Assembly: GCA_964428705.1 (NCBI GenBank)
Contig: CAYRYM010000001.1
Coordinates: 1-47,872, forward strand
Length of the DNA stretch: 47,872 bases
Source: an uncultured Candidatus Saccharibacteria bacterium
GTDB taxonomy: Bacteria > Patescibacteriota > Minisyncoccia > Phycocordibacterales > SBAW01
Direction: 5' to 3'
The notes under the pieces are model-generated. The model made no database searches, was not told where the DNA came from, and worked only from the letters and a program-made list of their open reading frames with translations. The translations under genes were made by a program, and so were the position numbers. Positions 41,680 through 47,872 of this stretch are shown here, piece by piece (position 1 is the stretch's first letter; every line of letters begins with the position of its first letter).

Positions 41680-44600
41680 AGAGTTTCAACTGCCTCACCG
41701 GCCTCCGGTGCAACCGGGAAGGCCGCCGGCTCGGGCTCGGGCGCAGGTTGCTCTGCTTGTGGCTCCGGCTCGGGTTCCCCCTCCGGTTCCGGTGCAGGCT
41801 CCAGCACAGGAGTCGGCTCAGGTTCCGGCTCTGGAGCAGGTTCAGGAGTAGGAGTTGTTGACGTCGAGTTGTCTGTACCACCCTCCCCTACCACCTCGGG
41901 CGTTGATGTTGCCTCATTATCCGCAACCTCTTGCGTGGTTGTTGCCTGCACACCGGCATCCGCATCTTCTTCAAACGGATTGTCGAACTCTTCTGTAGTT
42001 GTAGCGGCGTCCTCAGGCACGAGTGGTGTCGAGGTTGCCGTGCACTCGCCACTTAAGTACACCAGCTCGCCGGCCTGCACCTGCACGCAGTACGGCTCGT
42101 GCGTCTGCGTGTCGTACAGGGTGATGCCCGCCGGCTGCTCGCTGCTGCCCACGGTAAACTGCGAGGCTATTAAGTTTTTAATAAGCGTAAACTCCTGGGA
42201 TATATAGACGCCCAAGTCGGCGAGCTTGGCTACAAACGCGCCAAACAGCGCATCCACAAACTGCGCGGTCGAGCTTGCGACCGCGGCGCTTGTCGAGGCG
42301 ATAGAGCCTGTTGTGCTTGCAATGCGGCCGCTAAGCGCGCCGAACATCGCGCCCACAAAGTCCACAGGCATGGTGGAGGTGCCGACGTCGAGACCAAGCA
42401 GGCCTTGGGCAATGGAGTTTATAGACACCCCCGCCTGCAGGTCGAGGAATATCATGACCGTAGCCTGGCTACCGCCGCTGTATGCCTCGAGCGCAATACC
42501 AACCGACGGCTCGAACTGCGTTGCGCGCCGGCCGACACCCGGAGTTTCCGAGAGCGTGATGCGGTCGCCAATCTGGATTGCACCGCCCGTAAGGTTGACG
42601 CGCACCGGCACGCGGCCCGAGAGCGCCACAGGCCTGCTACCTGCCGCGTTGTCCGGGTTAAGCCCCAAGACCATACCCGGCGCGGTCGAGATAACGCCCG
42701 CCAATGGCGAGGTGTCTGTGCGCGCAGCGCGCTTAACGTGTATGTCGCTCAGGACATCAAACGAGACTATCTCGCCCGGGCTAAGCGTTGCGTCAGTAGT
42801 GGGGTATGTCTCGGCCAAGTCGGCGCCCGGGGTGGCATAGGTGTACTCGTACACCACCACAAACCCCCCGCCTCCGCCGTTGCCGCCCGGGCCGCCGTAT
42901 GATGAGCCGCCGCAGAAATCTTCACTACAATCTTCTCCTTCCTCATACTGATATCCGCCTTTGCCGCCAAACGCCCCGTGAGAGCCGCCCGCAGCGCCAC
43001 CGCCACCGCCTCCTCCGCCGGCACCCGCATCTACCTGTTCTACTCCGACACTTCTGCCGCCGCCGCTGCCTCCACTCATACCAATAGTCCCGCCACCTCC
43101 GCCTGCTCCGCCGCCTGCTCCGGACACGCTATACAAGCCATAGGCGCCCGCACCACCATGTCCGCCAGAGATACCGGCCGTACCCGCGCCGCCGCCGCCG
43201 CCACCACCTCCGCCGCCGTTTAGGTTGGAGCCGTTGGTCCCCGCTACACCATCACCGCCGGCACCGCCATTGCCGCCCCCGACACCCATGGCGCCACCAC
43301 CACCGCCGCCACCGCCGCCTCCCTGGCCGTTGCTTGTTGTGCCCCCGCTGCCGCCGTTGCCGCCGTTGAAGCCGCCTCCGCCTCCTCCGCCACCCGGGTC
43401 GTTGGATGAGGAGGAACCTCCCGCGCCGCCATTGCCGCCGTTGGTCGTGCCGCCGGCAGTGCCGTTAGTGCCGCCGTTGGTGCCGGTACCCAGGGCACCG
43501 CCCGAGAGCCCGGCGCCGCCGCCGCCACCACCTCCACCAGAACTTGTTGCGCCACTGCCACCGGCCGCACCAGCGCCGCCGGCCGAGCCCGTCGCAGCAC
43601 TCCCGGTAGCACCCGCACCGCTGCTGCCGGCACCACCTCCGCCGCCGCCAGCACCTCCGGTGCTGTTTGAGGCACCGGCAGGCCCCCCGTTGTTGCCGTC
43701 TCCATCAGGGTCGTCGGCCCCGCCGCCGCCCGATCCTCCCGCCATGCCGGCTGCAGACGCGCCGTCACCGGAGTCTGTGTTGGTAGCGCCCGCGCCCGAG
43801 CCACCACCGCCTCCGCCGCCCGTAGTGCCGGAGCCAGCGGCGCCATCGCCCTCGCCGCCGATGGTGGCGCCGTTTTGGTCGTTGCCCGATGCGGCTCCGC
43901 CGCCGCCGCCCGCGCCGCCGCTGGTGCCGGAGGCAGCAGCGGCGGCGCCACCCGTTGAGATAGTGGTGTTGCTGGTCTCGTCCCATCCGTCTCCTCCGCC
44001 ACCGCCGCCTCCTCCACCGCCCGACGAGCCGGATGCGCTTGCCCCTACTGTGCCATTGCCTCCTGCACCCCGGGTGGTGCTAAAGCTTGTGCCCTCGTCG
44101 CCGTCCATTCCGCCTCCGCCTCCGCCGCCGCCACCCACGCCAACTACTACCGCCTCGGTGCCGCTTATGCTTGCGGCCTGCACCACCTTTTGCGAGTAGC
44201 CGCCCGCACCGCCGCCGCAGGTATACGTGTTGTCGCTAAAACCATCGCTGGTTGTGCGCGTAGACGTGGAGGGAGACGCACCATGAGCAAATGTTGTCGC
44301 AAAAGGCGCGAGCGAGTCATGCAATAGTTGCTGATTAACGGCCGAGTCGAGAACTATCATGTTGCGCTTAAAGCCGCTCTGGCCGGCCAAATTAACATCG
44401 CCGCTGCTGCCCGTGCCGCCGCTGCCGGGGACGCAGTAGGTTGTCGAGGCATTGGTGCCGGCGCCTCCGCCCGCCGCCGAGAGGTGCGCGCCAAACGACG
44501 ACGCTGTGCCGGCCGCGCCGTCGCCGCCGATGCGCATTGCGGATTCGCCGTCACCCGGGTTGGCGTCAAAGCCGCCCGTCATGCCGCTGCCGCCTCCGCC

Positions 44601-47600
44601 GCCGCCCCATGTCTCGACAACAACGTAGGCCAGGTCGGAGGGCTTGGTGTATGTCTGGTCACTCGTGTACGTCCGTATCGCGGTGAGCTTGGCCACCTGG
44701 CCAATGCACGTGCCGCCTACGCTAAAACAACCGCCGGTCAGATTGATGCCGTTTGCCGCAGTCGAGGTTGCCGAGGTTGAGGTCATGTTAAACGTTGTGG
44801 CCTCGATGCCGCCGGCAAAGCTTGAGGTGCCGGCGCCCTGCACGGCAAGCGTACCGGTTGTTGTTGCGCCGCCCGATATTGTGAGCCCGCCGGTCTGCGT
44901 ACCATCGCCTATTGTTGATGACGCAAATGCGGTCAGCCCCGCATTAAACTGCGTCAGCGTGGAGGTCGAGTTGCCGGTGCCCGCAAACGGGTATGCCGCG
45001 GCAACCTGGGCCGGCGTGGCGTAGTCGCTGCCCGCCACCGCTGCCACAACCAAGCCGTCTGTCGAAGTTTTAAGCAGGTTGCCGGACGCAATGCCGGAGA
45101 TGACAAGGTCGGTGGTCGAGGCGCTGCCAAAGTACCCGATGCCCGAGACCGTAAGCGCGGTGGTCGATGCGTACGATATGGTCGCACTGCCGGCAGTCAG
45201 TCCGCCGTTAAACGCAATTGATGTGGTGGTGGCGTTAGACGGGAACGGGTAGGCAAAGGAGGAGCCGCCGCACGACTGCGCCGACACAAGGCCCGAGGAG
45301 TTGGTCGTAAGGCAGTCGCCGGCGCCTGCGCCCAAGCCTGATATGACAAGTGCGGTTGTGGAGGCGGTGCCGTTAACGTCGAGCTTCGCTGTCGGGGCGT
45401 TGGTGCCGATGCCGACATTGCCGCCTTTTTGAAGTGTGAGTCTGTCCGCAGTATCCCAAAACCGCATGTCTTCTCCATTCAAATACGTGAGCCATTCTAC
45501 GGAGTTGTTCGTCGTGCTGTAGAGCTCAAAGAGCGTAGAATCCGAAGCTCCGCTAAATCTGGCCGGGCCCGTCACATTGAGTGCAGCTCCGGATGCGGGT
45601 GCGCCGCCAATACCCACACCATTGCCGTTTATTGTCATCTTCAACCCTCCCGTGTCGTTTGTCTCATTGTACGATGATGCCGCATAAAAATACTGCACCG
45701 TAGCATCAGGCACATTCCAGCCCCCACCGCCAAAGTACAGATAACGCCCCGCACCATCGTCCCAGCCAGAAAGAGCAGTGAACGGCTCGTTTGCCTTGTT
45801 ATAGCGTCCGATGGCGTACAGCCCGCCGTTTGAGGCAGTCGCACCGCTCGTGTCGCCAAGTACAAATGCCGTGTAAATATTTGAAGTATTGAAAGCGTTC
45901 GTCTGGCGCGTCACGTTCAAGGCTCCGGCTACTTGGAGTTTGCCAAGGGGGCTCGCCGTCCCAACCCCGACATTGCCCGCAAAGTAGGCCTGGCCGGTCG
46001 TTGTCGCACCTCCCGATATGGTGAGGCCGGTCGCGGCACCGCCGGCACCGATGGTCGAGCTGGCATACGCGGTCAGCCCCGCGTTGAACGCGAGCAAGGT
46101 TGTGGTGGCGTTAGACGGGAACGGGTAGGCAAATGATGAGCCTCCCGATGGCCACGCCGACTGGCAGTCGCCGGATATGCAGATGGTGGTTGCGGACAGC
46201 GCCGTTGTGGACGCGTACGGGAATGTGGAGGCGGCTGTGGTGGTCGCAGTAAAGTATGCGCCCACCACCTCGCCTGCTACAGAGAGTTTTGCGTACGGCG
46301 AGGTGGTGCCAACGCCTACATTGCCGTCGCTGGCTATGCGCAGGCGCTCGCCGGTCGCAACATCCGTGCCGGTATAAAAGCGGATATCCCCAAAAGCAGA
46401 GGAAAGATCGATTCCGTTAAGGCCGGCGAGTATAACCCGGTTCTGAAGCAGCGTCTCAAAATAATTCGTGCCGGCAAGCACAAGGGCTCCGCCAACGTCA
46501 TCGTCATTCTCAAGATAAATTGATGCGGCAGCTGTGGACCCGCTGTTAAAGTTCCTGACATACAGCCCGGAGGGGCTGTCGGCATTGGTGGAAACGTCGA
46601 GTGCGGCCCCAGGACTCATGGTACCGATGCCGACGTTGCTCGCAAAGTAAGCTGTGCCCGTGGTGGTCGCACCACCGGAGATGGTGAGGCCGGTCGCGGC
46701 ACCGCCGGCACCGATGGTCGAGCTGGCATACGCGGTCAGCCCCGCGTTGAACGCGAGCAAGGTTGTGGTGGCGTTAGACGGGAACGGATACCCTGCAATG
46801 CTCGGAGTGCCGGTGAGTTGACTGTACGGCAGTGACAGGTTTGGCAGTGTGATGATCGAGGCGATTGATGAGGTGCCTGCCAGCTGGGTGATAAAGCGTG
46901 GGTCAAACAACGAGTTGAAGGTAGAGGTGTAGACGCCGTCGGTGACGGTGCCTGCGTTGCCGCTTATGTCTCCTGTCACGTTGGCTACAATGCCGCCGCT
47001 AAAGGTGATCTGCGTTGAGGTGGCATTAGACGGGAACGGGTAGGCAAATGATGAGCCTCCCGATGGCCACGCCGACTGGCAGTCGCCGGATATGCAGATG
47101 GTGGTTGCGGACAGCGCCGTTGTGGACGCGTACGGGAATGTGGAGGCGGCTGTGGTCGTGGCCGTAAAGTACGCCGCAACTGCCTCGCCTACTACCGACA
47201 GTTTTGCATACGGCGAGGTGGTGCCTATGCCTACATTGCCGGCTGCAGTTATCCTTACCCGCTCTGCCTCCGAACCGTTGTCCGTATAAAACGTTATAAC
47301 GCCGTTGAGCTGGCGGTTGTCAAAGCGGAACTCATCGGCTCGCGCACCTATTTGCATGCCGTCTGTGTCGTTTTGGTTAATGTTCCGGAATTTGAAAACC
47401 GCATTACTGGAATCATTGGACTCGAACAACGCAACAACAGAACCCACCGGCTCGTACACGCGCAGCGCCATGCTCGAAGGATAGCCTCCTATGCCCACCT
47501 TGCCGCCAACGTACGCATCAAGCGTAGTTGTCGCGTTGCCGGATATAACAAGGCCGGCGCTACCGTTGCCGATTGTCGATGACGCATACGCAGTAAGTCC

Positions 47601-47872
47601 GCCGTTGAACTGTGTCAGGGTCGAGGTGGAGTTGCCGGTGCCTGCAAACGGGTAGCCTGCGATAGACGGCGCACCACTCAGCTGTGAGTACGGTAGCGAC
47701 AGGTTAGGCAAGGTGATGATGCTCGAGATCGAGGAGGTGCCCGCAAGCTGGGTGATGAAGCGAGGGTCAAACAATGAGTTGAAGGTAGAGGTGTAGACGC
47801 CATCGGTGACGGTGCCTGCGTTGCCTGTGACAGAAGCGACAATGGCGTTAGAGAAGGTGTTGGTGCCCGAGA
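41676..47872 (-). CDS. giant tail-fibre-like surface protein, 5' end beyond the window (>2,060 codons in the window)
   Basis: The listed ORF 41676..47774 starts at a TTG. Hand translation of 47775-47872 stays open (SGTNTFSNAIVASVTGNAGTVTDGVYTSTFNS) and repeats an internal segment, so the gene continues past the edge. It contains recurrent GNVGIGTTSPYAKLSV and YPFPSNATTT motifs, a polyglycine domain and an ADLAETY...GVISTAPGMVLG block. TGA stop at 41676. Confidence 0.85.
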   Translation of the reverse strand, partial: SGTNTFSNAIVASVTGNAGTVTDGVYTSTFNSLFDPRFITQLAGTSSISSIITLPNLSLPYSQLSGAPSIAGYPFAGTGNSTSTLTQFNGGLTAYASSTIGNGSAGLVISGNATTTLDAYVGGKVGIGGYPSSMALRVYEPVGSVVALFESNDSSNAVFKFRNINQNDTDGMQIGARADEFRFDNRQLNGVITFYTDNGSEAERVRITAAGNVGIGTTSPYAKLSVVGEAVAAYFTATTTAASTFPYASTTALSATTICISGDCQSAWPSGGSSFAYPFPSNATSTQITFSGGIVANVTGDISGNAGTVTDGVYTSTFNSLFDPRFITQLAGTSSIASIITLPNLSLPYSQLTGTPSIAGYPFPSNATTTLLAFNAGLTAYASSTIGAGGAATGLTISGGATTTGTAYFASNVGIGTMSPGAALDVSTNADSPSGLYVRNFNSGSTAAASIYLENDDDVGGALVLAGTNYFETLLQNRVILAGLNGIDLSSAFGDIRFYTGTDVATGERLRIASDGNVGVGTTSPYAKLSVAGEVVGAYFTATTTAASTFPYASTTALSATTICISGDCQSAWPSGGSSFAYPFPSNATTTLLAFNAGLTAYASSTIGAGGAATGLTISGGATTTGQAYFAGNVGVGTASPLGKLQVAGALNVTRQTNAFNTSNIYTAFVLGDTSGATASNGGLYAIGRYNKANEPFTALSGWDDGAGRYLYFGGGGWNVPDATVQYFYAASSYNETNDTGGLKMTINGNGVGIGGAPASGAALNVTGPARFSGASDSTLFELYSTTNNSVEWLTYLNGEDMRFWDTADRLTLQKGGNVGIGTNAPTAKLDVNGTASTTALVISGLGAGAGDCLTTNSSGLVSAQSCGGSSFAYPFPSNATTTSIAFNGGLTAGSATISYASTTALTVSGIGYFGSASTTDLVISGIASGNLLKTSTDGLVVAAVAGSDYATPAQVAAAYPFAGTGNSTSTLTQFNAGLTAFASSTIGDGTQTGGLTISGGATTTGTLAVQGAGTSSFAGGIEATTFNMTSTSATSTAANGINLTGGCFSVGGTCIGQVAKLTAIRTYTSDQTYTKPSDLAYVVVETWGGGGGGSGMTGGFDANPGDGESAMRIGGDGAAGTASSFGAHLSAAGGGAGTNASTTYCVPGSGGTGSSGDVNLAGQSGFKRNMIVLDSAVNQQLLHDSLAPFATTFAHGASPSTSTRTTSDGFSDNTYTCGGGAGGYSQKVVQAASISGTEAVVVGVGGGGGGGGGMDGDEGTSFSTTRGAGGNGTVGASASGSSGGGGGGGGGGDGWDETSNTTISTGGAAAAASGTSGGAGGGGGAASGNDQNGATIGGEGDGAAGSGTTGGGGGGGSGAGATNTDSGDGASAAGMAGGSGGGGADDPDGDGNNGGPAGASNSTGGAGGGGGGAGSSGAGATGSAATGSAGGAGAAGGSGATSSGGGGGGGGAGLSGGALGTGTNGGTNGTAGGTTNGGNGGAGGSSSSNDPGGGGGGGGFNGGNGGSGGTTSNGQGGGGGGGGGGAMGVGGGNGGAGGDGVAGTNGSNLNGGGGGGGGGGAGTAGISGGHGGAGAYGLYSVSGAGGGAGGGGGTIGMSGGSGGGRSVGVEQVDAGAGGGGGGGGAAGGSHGAFGGKGGYQYEEGEDCSEDFCGGSSYGGPGGNGGGGGFVVVYEYTYATPGADLAETYPTTDATLSPGEIVSFDVLSDIHVKRAARTDTSPLAGVISTAPGMVLGLNPDNAAGSRPVALSGRVPVRVNLTGGAIQIGDRITLSETPGVGRRATQFEPSVGIALEAYSGGSQATVMIFLDLQAGVSINSIAQGLLGLDVGTSTMPVDFVGAMFGALSGRIASTTGSIASTSAAVASSTAQFVDALFGAFVAKLADLGVYISQEFTLIKNLIASQFTVGSSEQPAGITLYDTQTHEPYCVQVQAGELVYLSGECTATSTPLVPEDAATTTEEFDNPFEEDADAGVQATTTQEVADNEATSTPEVVGEGGTDNSTSTTPTPEPAPEPEPEPTPVLEPAPEPEGEPEPEPQAEQPAPEPEPAAFPVAPEAGEAVETL
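42864..44609 (-). repeat. GGN-codon low-complexity tract (polyglycine coding region)
   Basis: The plus strand is dominated by GCC/ACC/CCG triplets. It encodes at least seven uninterrupted runs of 8-10 Gly plus many shorter ones. It also creates the spurious antisense poly-Pro ORF 43225..44199. Confidence 0.9.
46018..46124. repeat. 107-bp exact intragenic direct repeat, copy 1 (partner 46681..46787)
   Basis: Base-by-base hand alignment is identical. Offset 663 bp (221 codons). Confidence 0.9.
46111..46241. repeat. 131-bp exact intragenic direct repeat, copy 1 (partner 47026..47156)
   Basis: Base-by-base hand alignment is identical. Offset 915 bp (305 codons). The identical N-termini of spurious plus ORFs 46177.. 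and 47092.. (MQMVVADSAVVDAYGNVEAAVVVAVKYA) also reflect it. Confidence 0.9.
46681..46787. repeat. 107-bp exact intragenic direct repeat, copy 2 (partner 46018..46124)
   Basis: Identical to copy 1. It diverges immediately after GGGAACGG. Confidence 0.9.
46816..46961. repeat. imperfect ~146-bp intragenic repeat (partner 47680..47825, offset 864 bp)
   Basis: Hand alignment shows scattered mismatches. The longest exact blocks are GAGTTGAAGGTAGAGGTGTAGACGCC (26 nt) and TCGGTGACGGTGCCTGCGTTGCC (23 nt). Confidence 0.7.
47026..47156. repeat. 131-bp exact intragenic direct repeat, copy 2 (partner 46111..46241)
   Basis: Identical to copy 1. Confidence 0.9.

Noticed and set aside
43225-44199. 324-aa plus-strand ORF encoding long poly-Pro tracts (PPPPPPPP...)
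   Set aside because: It is the exact antisense of the GGN-rich polyglycine region of the giant minus-strand gene (GGN read backwards is NCC). It has no independent start context and no non-repetitive sequence.
46018-47156. Possible CRISPR array suggested by exact direct repeats
   Set aside because: The repeats are 107 and 131 bp long, occur only twice each, lie in frame inside one long ORF and encode repeated protein modules. There is no short-repeat/spacer periodicity and no cas genes.
40654-47872. tRNA-adjacent genomic island or prophage carrying the tail-fibre-like gene
   Set aside because: There is no integrase, excisionase, transposase or phage structural/packaging gene in the window. 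I did not see a direct repeat of the tRNA 3' end. The tRNA proximity may be coincidental. This cannot be excluded for sequence beyond 47872.

Overview
47.9-kb GC-rich bacterial fragment, almost fully coding. It uses the standard genetic code: TGA, TAA and TAG all terminate well-supported genes. The gene content suggests a Candidate Phyla Radiation/Patescibacteria (Parcubacteria-like) genome, but this is inference only. The cues are compact housekeeping genes, a lamin-tail-domain surface protein, a soluble VirD4/TraG-like ATPase, many GT4 glycosyltransferases and a giant tail-fibre-like ORF. Layout: (i) 1-2.1 kb holds a secreted GHSQG serine hydrolase that runs off the left edge (absent from the ORF track, found by hand translation) plus two small genes. 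(ii) 2.2-26.6 kb is a ~24-kb glycan-biosynthesis island. It carries a Wzx-like flippase, a GMC-oxidoreductase fusion, a GT9, about nine GT4/GT-B genes and four SAM methyltransferases. It also carries a dTDP-deoxyhexose module (RmlB, RmlC, DegT aminotransferase, TylC3-like C-methyltransferase, cupins), a short UGDH-like gene, an APH-like kinase and an HD (p)ppGpp-hydrolase-like gene. An SDR epimerase/decarboxylase in the island is broken by one in-frame TAA. Many junctions are ATGA or TAATG overlaps. (iii) 26.6-30.5 kb holds an LTD+PKD surface protein, a VirD4/TraG-like P-loop ATPase with a Pro/Ala tail, and a polytopic membrane protein. (iv) 30.6-40.5 kb is mostly housekeeping: an orphan gene, rsmI, a YfiH/PgeF-like gene, an extremely compact murB<>murA><murI<>mpl block, an SPFH protein and a fasciclin protein. 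(v) tRNA-Leu(CAG) lies at 40654-40735 and is followed by stacked hairpins. (vi) 40.9-47.9 kb holds a DUF2207-like membrane protein whose start overlaps (ATGA) the stop of a >2,060-codon ORF that runs off the right edge. That ORF combines mosaic tail-fibre-like repeat modules, a hyper-expanded polyglycine domain, a phage-type intramolecular-chaperone-like block and an acidic Pro/Glu tail. Block (vi) is my best candidate for an undescribed system (a cellular, non-prophage attachment fibre with a coupled membrane partner). Block (iii) is second. Recurrent regulatory pattern: ultra-short (18-27 bp) divergent intergenic spacers centred on TATA-like palindromes, implying overlapping bidirectional promoters and leaderless mRNAs. 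No rRNA, CRISPR array, transposase or integrase was seen.
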